Shown here: piece by piece, positions 1 through 8,358 of the stretch
Layout: each line of letters begins with the position of its first letter
How positions within the stretch are numbered: the stretch's first letter is position 1
Assembly (NCBI GenBank): GCA_003220435.1
Contig: QHSL01000060.1
Span: forward strand, 47,917 to 111,916
DNA: 64,000 nucleotides
Source of the DNA: Candidatus Rokuibacteriota bacterium
Lineage (GTDB): Bacteria; Methylomirabilota; Methylomirabilia; Rokubacteriales; CSP1-6
Direction: 5' to 3'
Program-made: the position numbers and the translations under genes
The notes under the pieces: model-generated
The model's input: only the letters and a program-made list of their open reading frames with translations
What the model was told of the DNA's origin: nothing
Database searches by the model: none

Positions 1-280
1 ACGTCCCCCGGTGCGCGCAGTGCAGGTGCAACATGCCCACGCGCCCACCGCGATCGCGGAACACGACCAGGTCCTCGCCGAGCACTCGCACGCGCTGCGG
101 CGTCGCGATGAGATCGCGCGCGAACGCGACCGGCTGCCAGAAGCGCCGCAGATACTCGCCGCACGGAGTCCCGGGGCCCACCCGAGTCAGCTCCGGATCC
201 GGTGCGGGGACGTCGCGGCGATGGTAGCCGTCGAACGGACCGGCCGGCGGCTTCGCGGCGCGTGCTCGAGCTCGCTTCAC
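1..280 (-). CDS. Aromatic ring-hydroxylating (Rieske 2Fe-2S) oxygenase, N-terminal part. The gene runs off the window start.
   Basis: The reverse-strand translation from GTG at 280 reads VKRARA...EYLRRFWQPVAFARDL...LVVFRDRGGRVGMLHLHCAHRGT. CAHRG is the first CxH half of a Rieske motif. An AAGGAAG Shine-Dalgarno-like sequence lies 7 nt upstream of the GTG. The ORF is open to position 1. Confidence 0.55.
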   Translation of the reverse strand, partial: MKRARARAAKPPAGPFDGYHRRDVPAPDPELTRVGPGTPCGEYLRRFWQPVAFARDLIATPQRVRVLGEDLVVFRDRGGRVGMLHLHCAHRGT

Positions 281-332
281 GGCACTTCTTCCTTAGCGCC
301 GACGAGAGAGCGGAGTCAAGCCGCGCTGGACG

Positions 333-641
333 ATGCGCTGGGCGACCTTGACCTCGCGCAGTGGCGACGGTAGCCTAACCGCCATCAGGCTTGAACCCGA
401 AGCGATCGCCAAAGCCCTCGCTACCTTCATCAATGCCACGATCATGGCCCGCGGCCATCCGGTGCAGCCCGACGACGATCTCGAGCTGGCCGGCCTCGAT
501 TCGATGGCGCTCTTGAAGATCCTGCTCTTCATCGAGGCCGAATACGGATTCTGGATGCCCGACGAGGACCTCGTCGAGGGGAACATCAGGACGGCACGCG
601 CCCTGGCGCGCTACGTCTCCGGACGGCGGAGCGAGCCGTAG
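333..641 (+). CDS. Acyl carrier protein (phosphopantetheine-binding). The start is uncertain and may be TTG at 348.
   Basis: LAGLDSMALLKILLFIEAEYGF contains the ACP DSL/DSM serine attachment motif in a helix-II-like context. Size is about 85-100 aa. It lies immediately upstream of the condensation-domain and adenylation genes. Confidence 0.6.
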   Translation: MRWATLTSRSGDGSLTAIRLEPEAIAKALATFINATIMARGHPVQPDDDLELAGLDSMALLKILLFIEAEYGFWMPDEDLVEGNIRTARALARYVSGRRSEP

Positions 642-645
642 AGTC

Positions 646-1962
646 GTGAGCCCGCCTCCTCGCCGGCTGCCCCTGCGCGGCGCCGATCTCGTTCTGGTCG
701 CGATGCAGTCGCTCTGGCGCCGCGAGAAGATCAGCAACAACACGCTCATGATCGTCGAGTGCGACGGCCCGCTCGACCCGGCACGGGTGCGCCGCGCGCT
801 CGACCGCTTCCTCGACATCTGTCCCTGGCCCCTCGCGCGCCTGCGCCGCCCGTTCCCGTGGGGGAAGCTGCACTGGGCGGCGGCCGGCCGTGCCGCGCCG
901 GGCTCGCTGCCCTTGCTCCACCAGCGTGTCGACTCACTGAAGCTGCTTCACGTGATGCTCGAAGCCGAGCTGAACACGGTGATCGATCCGCGACGCGAGC
1001 CGCCGCTCCGGGTGTCGGTCCTGTACTCGCCCGCCGGGCGTGACCGCGCGCACAGCTTTCTCGTGTTCACGTGGTTCCATCCGCTGATGGACCCGCGGGG
1101 CGCGCAGAACTTGCTCGCGCATCTGGCCAACATCGACGAGGCCAACGGCCGCCCGCCGTGGGACGGGGCGCCGCCCGCGTTCGTGGCCGAGCCCGATCCG
1201 CGGCCGTTCAGCGTGCGTGGGCGCATGGGCCGGCGGAGCCGCGCGTACATGCGCTCGCTCGCGCCGGCGCCACCGGTATCGCCCGGGTCCGGCTTGACGA
1301 CCCCGGGACGTCCTCGATTTCGCCAGGCAAGATTCGTCGACCGTGATCCGGCCGGCGCCCGCGCCAAACGCGAGATCTGCTGGCGGCTGGCGCTGGTCGG
1401 CAAGGCCATGAGCGAGCTCTGGAGTCACCGCGGGCTCCCCGACGACCCGTTCCTGCTCCCGATCTCGATCGACCTGCGCCCCAAAGGCGACCCGGGACCG
1501 ACGTTCGGCAACATGCTGGCGTTTCACTTCGCCCGGTTCCGCCCCTCGGAGACGGCCGACCTGGCCGCCCTCACGCAGGCACTGCGCCGCCAGATGGTGG
1601 ACGCGCTCCGCGACGGTCAGATCGACGCGAACGCGGTGGCGATGGAGTTTCTGACGTACCGTCGGCTCTCGGTGATGCTGAACGACCTGCCGGGCACCGC
1701 GGCCCGCGAGACCTTCTCGTTCAACTGCGCCGACCTCGGAGATTTCCCCGTAACGCTCGAGAAGGTCTTCGGGGCGCGGGTCGTGAACGCCTACCACGCG
1801 CCGTCCGTGCTGCCCCGGCCTGGGATCGGGGTATTCTTCAACCGCTGTGGGAAGGACAACAACCTCGTCGTCTCGTGGATCGACGGGGCGGTGGCCGAGG
1901 ACGAGGTGACGCGGATCGTGGAGGTCATACGCGACGAGATGGACTGGATCGAGGCTCGCTGA
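646..1962 (+). CDS. Free-standing condensation-domain-like acyltransferase (NRPS C-domain, PapA5 or WS/DGAT-like fold).
   Basis: 438-aa ORF. WFHPLMDPRG resembles a degenerate HHxxxDG condensation motif. It sits between the ACP and the acyl-AMP ligase and has the same strong GC3 bias as its neighbours. Confidence 0.5.
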   Translation: MSPPPRRLPLRGADLVLVAMQSLWRREKISNNTLMIVECDGPLDPARVRRALDRFLDICPWPLARLRRPFPWGKLHWAAAGRAAPGSLPLLHQRVDSLKLLHVMLEAELNTVIDPRREPPLRVSVLYSPAGRDRAHSFLVFTWFHPLMDPRGAQNLLAHLANIDEANGRPPWDGAPPAFVAEPDPRPFSVRGRMGRRSRAYMRSLAPAPPVSPGSGLTTPGRPRFRQARFVDRDPAGARAKREICWRLALVGKAMSELWSHRGLPDDPFLLPISIDLRPKGDPGPTFGNMLAFHFARFRPSETADLAALTQALRRQMVDALRDGQIDANAVAMEFLTYRRLSVMLNDLPGTAARETFSFNCADLGDFPVTLEKVFGARVVNAYHAPSVLPRPGIGVFFNRCGKDNNLVVSWIDGAVAEDEVTRIVEVIRDEMDWIEAR

Positions 1963-1964
1963 CG

Positions 1965-3449
1965 ATGAATCTCGCCGATCTGCTCCACGCGTCGGCCGGT
2001 CGGTGGCCCGACTGCCCGGTCGTGACCGACGTGCGCTCGGGCCGCTCGATGAGCTACGGACAGCTCGCGCGCGAGTCACGCCGGGTCGCGGCGTTTCTGA
2101 AGGCGCGCGGCGTAGAGCCCGGCCAACGCGTCGGGCTCCTCACGCCGAACGGCGTCGCGTACCTGCCGGCGGCGTTCGGTCTCCTCGAGTCGGGCGCGTG
2201 CCTGGTGCCGCTGGCCAGCAACCTGGCCCACGCCGAGATCGCCGAGATCATCCGCGAGGTCCAGCTCAACGGCTGCCTGGCCTGGCCGGGCGCCGACACC
2301 CCTGCCGCGCCCGAAGCGGTCGCGTCTCTGCACGGCGGCGAGTGCGACGGGTTCACGTTCGGCTGGATCGATCGCGGCGCCCGAGCGCCCACGGAGTTCT
2401 ATCGGCTCAACGCCGCCTTCATCCGATTCACCTCAGGGACGACCGCCCGAAGCAAAGGCGTCGTGCTCTCGCATGAGGCGACGGCCGCCAGGGTCGAAGC
2501 CGCCGATCGCGTGCTCGAGTTCACCGCGCGGGACCGCATTCTCTGGATGCTGCCGCTCGCCTACCACTTCGCGGTGACGATCGTCGCCTACGTGCGGGCC
2601 GGGTCGCACATTCTGCTGTGCCCCGACACGCTGCCCCGTGCGCTGGTCGACGCGACCCGACGGCTCCGGCCGAGCGTGCTGTACGCCTCGCCGCTCCACT
2701 TCGAGCGCATGGGCCACCTCGGGCCGAGCGAGCCGCTGACGAGCCTCCGTCTCGTGCTCTCGACCAGCGCGCCGATCACCCAGGCGGTGATGGACCGCTT
2801 CGAATCCGTCTACGGGGTGCCGGTCGGTCAAGCCTACGGGATCATCGAGTGCGGCCTGCCGTGCATCAACCTGCGAGCCGACGGCGTCCCGGCCACCGCC
2901 GTGGGTCGGCCCGTTCCCGGCTACGAGATCGCCGTGCTCTCCGAGGAGGGGGCGCCGCTCGCCATCGACGCGATCGGTGAGATCGCCGTGCGGGGCCGCG
3001 GGCTCTTCTCGGCCTACTACGCGCCCTGGCAGCTGCACGAGCAGGTCGCGCGCGACCGCTGGTTCCTGACCGGCGACCTCGGTCAGGTGGATTCGGCGGG
3101 CGTGCTGCACCTCAAGGGCCGGAAGAAGGCGGTCATCTTCGTGGCGGGTCTGAAGTTCTTCCCCGAGGAAGTGGAGGACTGCATCAACCAGTTCCCGGGG
3201 ATCAAAGAGTCCCGCGTGTTCGGCCGACCGCACGCCCGTATCGGTGAAGTGCCCTGCGCCGAGGTTGTCGTGGATCCGGCGGGCTGCGACCTCGACGCGC
3301 TCAAGGCGCACTGCGCCCGCGCGCTCTCCTCCTACAAGGTGCCGCTGGAGTTCAAGGTCGTGGACGCCGTGCCGCGGACGCCCGGCGGGAAGATCTCCCG
3401 GCGGTCGGCGCGGGACGACGCGGCGACGGTCTCCCTCGAGCGAGGGTGA
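1965..3449 (+). CDS. AMP-dependent synthetase/ligase (acyl-AMP or acyl-CoA ligase, adenylation enzyme).
   Basis: MNLADLL... contains FTSGTTARSKGVVLSHE (AMP-binding motif I, T[SG]GTTG-K), YGxxE and GDLG motifs, and K(x)SRR near the C-terminus. The ATG at 1965 overlaps the upstream stop (ATGA). Confidence 0.85.
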   Translation: MNLADLLHASAGRWPDCPVVTDVRSGRSMSYGQLARESRRVAAFLKARGVEPGQRVGLLTPNGVAYLPAAFGLLESGACLVPLASNLAHAEIAEIIREVQLNGCLAWPGADTPAAPEAVASLHGGECDGFTFGWIDRGARAPTEFYRLNAAFIRFTSGTTARSKGVVLSHEATAARVEAADRVLEFTARDRILWMLPLAYHFAVTIVAYVRAGSHILLCPDTLPRALVDATRRLRPSVLYASPLHFERMGHLGPSEPLTSLRLVLSTSAPITQAVMDRFESVYGVPVGQAYGIIECGLPCINLRADGVPATAVGRPVPGYEIAVLSEEGAPLAIDAIGEIAVRGRGLFSAYYAPWQLHEQVARDRWFLTGDLGQVDSAGVLHLKGRKKAVIFVAGLKFFPEEVEDCINQFPGIKESRVFGRPHARIGEVPCAEVVVDPAGCDLDALKAHCARALSSYKVPLEFKVVDAVPRTPGGKISRRSARDDAATVSLERG

Positions 3450-3456
3450 CGAGACC

Positions 3457-4737
3457 ATGAGAGTCGCGATCATCGGGGCGGGCCCGGCGGGATCGGCGCA
3501 GGGGCTCCTGCTCGCCCGAGCGGGCGCGGACGTGACGCTCTTCGACGACGGGCGGCGCCCGGAGCTGCTGGTCGGCGAGTCGCTGATCCCCGCCGTCATT
3601 CCGATCTTCAAGCGCCTCGGCATCGAGGACACCATGGCGACGTGCGGCCGGCTGAAGCCCGGCGTCTCGTTCGTGTGGTCGGAGTCGGAGCGCTTCAGCT
3701 TCACGTTCGCGCGGTTCGCGCCGGCCGTGGCCCCGTACGCCTACAACATCGCGCGCCCCCAGTTCGACGAGGCGGTGCGGGCGCGAGCGCTGGCCGCCGG
3801 CGTCCAGCACGTGATCGCGCGGGCGCGCCTCATGCCGGCGGGCACCGGATCGGCCGAGCTGGCGCTCGACGCCGAGACGCTCGCCGCCGCGCCGACGCTC
3901 GGAGGCCGTCAGCCCGATTTCATCGTCGACGCGACCGGGCGCGGCCGGCTCGCGGCCGGCGCGCTGAGGATTCCCGCGCGGGTCGGGCCACGCAATGACG
4001 TGGCGCACTTCGCCCACTTCGAGGGTTTCAAGTGGGACGACGTGCCCGGCCAGGTGCTCATCTCACGACTCAAGGCGGGATGGAGCTGGGGCATCCCCCT
4101 CAAGGAGCGTCTCTCGGTAGGCATCGTGATGGGCCGCGAGGACGCGGCCGGTCTCGGCGCCACGCCCGCGGAGCGTCTCGAGCGGGCGATCGCGATCGAC
4201 CCGTGGCTCACCTCGATGGTCGGCGGCGCCAGGCGAGTGACGTCGGTCGCGACCTACTCCAACTACCAGCTGATTTCCGAGCGAGGCTGCGGCCCGGGCT
4301 GGGTGACCATCGGCGACGCGTTCGGCTTCGTCGACCCCATGCTGTCGCCGGGCGTCTTCCTGGCGCTCCGCTCGGCGGAGCTGGTGGCCGAAGCGCTCGC
4401 GCCGTTCGTGCGCCGGCCGGCGACGCCCTCGCCTGACGAGCTCCACGTGGCGCTGCGCCCCTACGCGGCGACGCAGCAGCGCATGCTGACCGCGTGGCTC
4501 GACCTCGTCGCCCACTTCTACGACGGGCGCATGCTGGCGCTCATGCGGTCCGGGCGCAATTGGATCGACGAAGGGCCGAGCGCCTTCAAGAACGCGGCGC
4601 AGAACCACATCGAGCGCCACATCGCCCTACAGGCTTCCGGCGTCGGAACCACGTCTCGCTACAGCCGCGCCCTGCTCCGCGTGCTCGCGCGCTACGGCAT
4701 GCGCGGGGTCACGCCCGCGGAGATGGCCATACATTGA
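3457..4737 (+). CDS. Flavin-dependent halogenase (FAD-dependent, tryptophan-halogenase-like family).
   Basis: MRVAIIGAGPAGS is an N-terminal GxGxxG FAD motif. GESLIP is present. AGWSWGIPL matches the WxWxIP motif that distinguishes flavin halogenases from monooxygenases. The product is 426 aa. Confidence 0.8.
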   Translation: MRVAIIGAGPAGSAQGLLLARAGADVTLFDDGRRPELLVGESLIPAVIPIFKRLGIEDTMATCGRLKPGVSFVWSESERFSFTFARFAPAVAPYAYNIARPQFDEAVRARALAAGVQHVIARARLMPAGTGSAELALDAETLAAAPTLGGRQPDFIVDATGRGRLAAGALRIPARVGPRNDVAHFAHFEGFKWDDVPGQVLISRLKAGWSWGIPLKERLSVGIVMGREDAAGLGATPAERLERAIAIDPWLTSMVGGARRVTSVATYSNYQLISERGCGPGWVTIGDAFGFVDPMLSPGVFLALRSAELVAEALAPFVRRPATPSPDELHVALRPYAATQQRMLTAWLDLVAHFYDGRMLALMRSGRNWIDEGPSAFKNAAQNHIERHIALQASGVGTTSRYSRALLRVLARYGMRGVTPAEMAIH

Positions 4738-4744
4738 TTACATG

Positions 4745-4990
4745 GGGGGCCCCGACATGGCCCCCCAATCCCCCCAACCTTCGGAGCGTCCCGGCGTAGC
4801 CGTGACGCTCCTCTACCTCCCGCGGCAGTGTTGGGGCCCCGACATGGCCCCCCAATCCCCCCAACCTTCGGAGCGTCCCGGCGTAGCCGTGACGCTCCTC
4901 TACCTCCCACGGCGGTGTTGGGGCCCCGACATGGCCCCCCGGCGGCGGCAGGGGGCGCCGACATGGCCCCGGGCGGTCAGCACGCTGGCT
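4745..4990. repeat. Tandem direct repeat. An 87-bp unit occurs twice and is followed by a degenerate partial third copy.
   Basis: GACATGG recurs at 4754, 4841 and 4928, giving a period of 87. Copies 1 and 2 are almost identical. Each unit contains two GC-rich hairpins: GGGGCC-N7-GGCCCC and GGAGCGTC-N13-GACGCTCC. The array lies between the convergent halogenase and methyltransferase genes. Confidence 0.9.
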
Positions 4991-5753
4991 TCAGCGCGAT
5001 GTACTCGTTGAGCATTCCGCCGCGCACGCGACGGGTAACTCCGGCGAAGGCGCTCGCCCTCAGCACGTCGAGGATCTGGTCCGACGGCACACAGTGGGCG
5101 ATCGTGTCCCAGTAGTACTTCATGAGCAGCTCGGCCTCCCCGCTTCCGGTGCTGAGCCGGGTGAGCAGCGGCAACACGCTTTCGAAGTAGAGCCGGAAGA
5201 CGCGCTGGCCCACGGCTGAGCTCGGCAGCGAGATCTCGAGGATCAATAGCCGCCCACCCGGCTTCAAGACCCGTCGGCACTCGCGGAACGCCACGCCGAG
5301 ATCGGTCACGTGGCGCAGTGCGTAGCCCATGCACAGGAAGTCGAAGTGGTTCGTGGTGAACGGGAGATCTTCCACGATCCCCTGCACCAGGGGAACCGCC
5401 AGCGCCTTGCGGGCCTCCCTGAGCATCCCGGCGCTCGGATCGAGCCCGACGACCGCCCGCGGTTCACGCAGCACGTGCGTCGCCGCCCGGGCCACGAGGC
5501 CGGTGCCGGTGGCGATATCGAGGAACTTCATGCCGTTGCGGAGCCCGGACTGTGTCAGCACCCACCCCCGATAGAATCGTCCCGAGCCCAGCGAGCCCAT
5601 CGCGCAGACCCAGTCGTAGTGCTTCGCCGCATTATCGAAGAGCGCGCTGACGAACGGCCGCCGCTCGCTCGCGCTCTCGTAATATTTCTTGAGCACCGGA
5701 TGCGGCGCCGTCGCCGCCGTCCGATCCGCAGTCTTGTCGCTCATCGGTTCCAC
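4977..5753 (-). CDS. Class I SAM-dependent methyltransferase, UbiE/MenG-like.
   Basis: LDIATGTGLVA is methyltransferase motif I. The product is about 255 aa and overall resembles the UbiE/COQ5 demethylmenaquinone/ubiquinone methyltransferase family. Confidence 0.8.
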   Translation of the reverse strand: MEPMSDKTADRTAATAPHPVLKKYYESASERRPFVSALFDNAAKHYDWVCAMGSLGSGRFYRGWVLTQSGLRNGMKFLDIATGTGLVARAATHVLREPRAVVGLDPSAGMLREARKALAVPLVQGIVEDLPFTTNHFDFLCMGYALRHVTDLGVAFRECRRVLKPGGRLLILEISLPSSAVGQRVFRLYFESVLPLLTRLSTGSGEAELLMKYYWDTIAHCVPSDQILDVLRASAFAGVTRRVRGGMLNEYIALKPAC

Positions 5754-5892
5754 CTACCTCCGCGGTCGACAATAAGCGAGGGTCAGAGTCCTGGCAATGC
5801 CGACACGCCCGGCGCAGGGCCCATCGCGACTGGGCGGTCTTGCGGAAGGATCCGTGCTCGATCAGACTACGACGTCACGAGGAGGACGCACG

Positions 5893-6990
5893 ATGCGAGT
5901 GACCGCGGCGGTGTTGTACGACACGAAGAAGCCGGTAGTGGTGGAGGACGTCGAGCTGCTCGAGCCCGGCCCGAACGAGGTGCTCGTGCGGTGGAAGGCC
6001 AACGGCGTCTGTCACAGCGACCTGCACGTGATCACGGGCGACTATCCCCATCCCCTGCCGGTCGTGCTCGGACACGAAGCGGCCGGGGTGGTCGAGAGTG
6101 TCGGCCCGGGCGTAGTGACGGTGACGCCGGGCGACCACGTCTGCTCGAGCTACATCCCGTCGTGCGGGAAGTGCTGGTACTGCATCGGCGGTCAACCCAC
6201 CATGTGCGCGCTCCGCGACAAGCCGCGCTGGTTCATGCTCGACGGCACGCCGCGCCTCCGCAAGGACGGGCGCGGCCTGCACCACTTCCTGCAGGTCTCG
6301 GGCTACGCGACGCATTCGGTGCTGCCCGAAGAGTGCGTGATCCCGATCCGGAAGGACGCGCCGCTCGACGTCGTGTGCCTGGTGAGCTGCGGCGTCCTCG
6401 CCGGCGCCGGGCCGGTCTTCAACCGCGCCAAGGTGCCTCCCGGGGCCAGCGTGGCCGTGTGGGGGTGCGGCGGCGTCGGGCTGAATACGATCCAGGCCGC
6501 GCGCCTCGTGGGTGCGGCCAAGATCATCGCCGTTGACACGGTGAAGCAGAAGCTCGCCTGGGCCGAGGAGTTCGGTGCGACCCACGTCGTCGACGCCGCG
6601 GCCGAGGATCCGGTCGCTCGCGTTCAGGCGTTGAGCGGCCGGGGCGGCGTCGACTTCGCGTTCGAGGTAGTGGGAACGCAGAAGACGATCGAGCAGGCGC
6701 TCAACGCCACCCATCGCGGCGGCACATGCGTGGTCGTCGGCGTGTCACCGGCCGGCACGCGGGTCTCCGTCGATCCCGGGATGCTCCTGCAGCAGCGCGT
6801 GCTCACCGGCAGCTCGTTCGGCGGCGGCCACCAGCGGACCGACGTCCCGATGCTCATCGACCTCTACATGAGCGGCAAGTACCGGCTCGACGAGCTCATC
6901 AGCCGGCGCCTGCCCCTCGGTGAGCTGAACCACGCCTTCGACCTCATGGTGCGAGGCGAGGTCAAGCGCAGCGTGATCGTCTACGAATAG
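5893..6990 (+). CDS. Zinc-dependent alcohol dehydrogenase (MDR superfamily).
   Basis: GVCHSDLHV and GHEAAGVVESVG are the catalytic Zn motifs. CGKCWYC is the structural Zn cluster. GCGGVGL is a Rossmann motif. A GGAGGA Shine-Dalgarno sequence lies 7 nt before the ATG at 5893. Confidence 0.9.
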   Translation: MRVTAAVLYDTKKPVVVEDVELLEPGPNEVLVRWKANGVCHSDLHVITGDYPHPLPVVLGHEAAGVVESVGPGVVTVTPGDHVCSSYIPSCGKCWYCIGGQPTMCALRDKPRWFMLDGTPRLRKDGRGLHHFLQVSGYATHSVLPEECVIPIRKDAPLDVVCLVSCGVLAGAGPVFNRAKVPPGASVAVWGCGGVGLNTIQAARLVGAAKIIAVDTVKQKLAWAEEFGATHVVDAAAEDPVARVQALSGRGGVDFAFEVVGTQKTIEQALNATHRGGTCVVVGVSPAGTRVSVDPGMLLQQRVLTGSSFGGGHQRTDVPMLIDLYMSGKYRLDELISRRLPLGELNHAFDLMVRGEVKRSVIVYE

Positions 6991-7008
6991 GCGACCGGCG
7001 GCGGGCGG

Positions 7009-7482
7009 TCAGCTCGCCCTGGCCATGCTCGCCATGCGACGCTTCATCTCGTCCTCGGGCACGTCCTCCTTGTGGGTACCGACGTGCCAGATGTGCCCGA
7101 ACGGATCCTCGATGGTCCCGGTGCGATCGCCGTAGAACTTGTCCTCGACCGGCTGGACGAGCTTGGCGCCGCCGGCCACCGCCGCCTTGACCGTCGCGTC
7201 GACGTCCTCGACGTAGAGCATGATGCCGACGCCCGAGCCACCGAATGCCCGTGGGCTCCGCGCCCGGATGTCCGGATGCTCGTCGGCCAGCATGATCATG
7301 GAATCACCGATGCTGATCTCGGCGTGGCCCACCTTGCCACCCGGTGACGGCATGCGCATCCGCTCGGTGGCACCGAATATCCGTTTGTAGAAATCGAGGG
7401 CCTTGGCGGCGCCGTCGATGATCAGGTACGGCGTGGCGGTGTGATACCCCGTGGGAACCGGCGTCACCTTGGCTTTGCTCAT
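7009..7482 (-). CDS. VOC-family protein (glyoxalase/bleomycin-resistance/PhnB-like).
   Basis: MSKAKVTPVPTGYHTATPYLIIDGAAKALDFYKRIFGA...GHAEISIGDSMIMLADE is the PhnB/VOC fold pattern. A GGAGG Shine-Dalgarno sequence lies before the ATG at 7482. Confidence 0.75.
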   Translation of the reverse strand: MSKAKVTPVPTGYHTATPYLIIDGAAKALDFYKRIFGATERMRMPSPGGKVGHAEISIGDSMIMLADEHPDIRARSPRAFGGSGVGIMLYVEDVDATVKAAVAGGAKLVQPVEDKFYGDRTGTIEDPFGHIWHVGTHKEDVPEDEMKRRMASMARAS

Positions 7483-7549
7483 CGCGACCTCCATCCCCCT
7501 CACCCTGCACCCCGGCGGAAATCCGCCGGCGTCACCACGAACGGCGCGG

Positions 7550-8266
7550 TTACTCGAACCCCCACCGGCTCTCGACGATGATCTCGGCCGTCAGCGCGAG
7601 GTGATCGCTCAACGCGCGAACCGCCGCGTCGACATCGCGGTCACACACCGCCCGAGCGATCGTCGCGTGCTCCGCCCCGACCGCGCGCGGGCGCACGCCG
7701 TGAGCGAGGAAGCGATAGCGCTCCGACTGCTCGTAGAGCGTGTCGCGGAAGCGGAGCAGCCACGGAGACGCGCAGGCCGACACCAGGGCGAAGTGGAATC
7801 GCCGGTGGAGCGTCCGCCACGCCTCGAAGCGCGCGCCCGCATCGCCCGGTTGTGGGAGCGGCGTGGCCTCGAGCTCGCGGTACGCGGCGCGGATTCCCGC
7901 GAGCCAGTCAGCGCCGCCGAGCTCGATCGCCCGACGGAGCGCGAGCGCCTCGATGTCGATCCGCGCCTTCGTGATGTCCCGCAGCCTGCCGATCGACACC
8001 GGACTCACGCGGAATCCCCGCTGGTCCTCGGCCTGCACCAGGTCCTCGGCCGCCAGGCGTGACAGCGCTTCGCGGACGGCGCTGAGGCTCACGGCGAAGC
8101 GCCGCGCCAGCCCGGCGATCAGGAGCTTCTCGCCCGGCTTGAGGTGGCAGGACAGGATCTCGGCCCGCAGCTGCGCGAAGACGGCGCTGGTCAGGCTACG
8201 GACCGGCTGGCCGTCACGGGTCAGCCCGATCGTGAGGCCCGGGCGAGGCGAGAGGCGGACGGCCAT
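7550..8266 (-). CDS. GntR-family transcriptional regulator (FadR/FCD subfamily).
   Basis: The N-terminal winged HTH is LIAGLARRFAVSLSAVREALSRLAAEDLV. The C-terminal half is an all-helical FCD-like effector domain. Confidence 0.8.
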   Translation of the reverse strand: MAVRLSPRPGLTIGLTRDGQPVRSLTSAVFAQLRAEILSCHLKPGEKLLIAGLARRFAVSLSAVREALSRLAAEDLVQAEDQRGFRVSPVSIGRLRDITKARIDIEALALRRAIELGGADWLAGIRAAYRELEATPLPQPGDAGARFEAWRTLHRRFHFALVSACASPWLLRFRDTLYEQSERYRFLAHGVRPRAVGAEHATIARAVCDRDVDAAVRALSDHLALTAEIIVESRWGFE

Positions 8267-8307
8267 GGCGGCGCGACTATAGCCCGCGGCCACGAGGGTC
8301 ACAAGCA

Positions 8308-8325
8308 GAAAATCGATTTTCGATG
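8308..8325. promoter_or_regulatory. AT-rich perfect palindrome GAAAATCGATTTTCGATG in the divergent GntR / unknown-gene intergenic region. It is a candidate operator.
   Basis: AAATCGATTT is a 10-bp perfect palindrome, and ATCGA-AAA-TCGAT overlaps it. This is an AT island inside an otherwise roughly 70% GC region. It lies about 40-60 bp upstream of both divergent starts. Confidence 0.4.
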
Positions 8326-8358
8326 ACAAGAGCAGGTGGGCATGTTAAGGGGAGCCCG

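Noticed and set aside
934-2079. Long antisense or alternate-frame ORFs throughout the window. Examples are 934..2079-, 2433..3704-, 5310..6536+, 13206..15080-, 15295..17685+, 30186..32399+, 36515..37585- and 44926..48894+.
   Set aside because: They are typical high-GC artefacts: Arg/Ala/Gly/Pro-rich translations with no motifs, each fully overlapping a gene that has clear family signatures and correct GC3 periodicity.
4745-4990. Possible CRISPR array.
   Set aside because: There are only 2-3 units with a period of 87 bp. Units are contiguous with no unique spacers, and there are no cas genes in the window.
4692-5011. ORFs 4742..5011+ and 4692..4964- that encode repeated peptides.
   Set aside because: They lie entirely inside the 87-bp tandem DNA repeat between convergent genes. 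The peptide repetition merely mirrors the DNA repeat.
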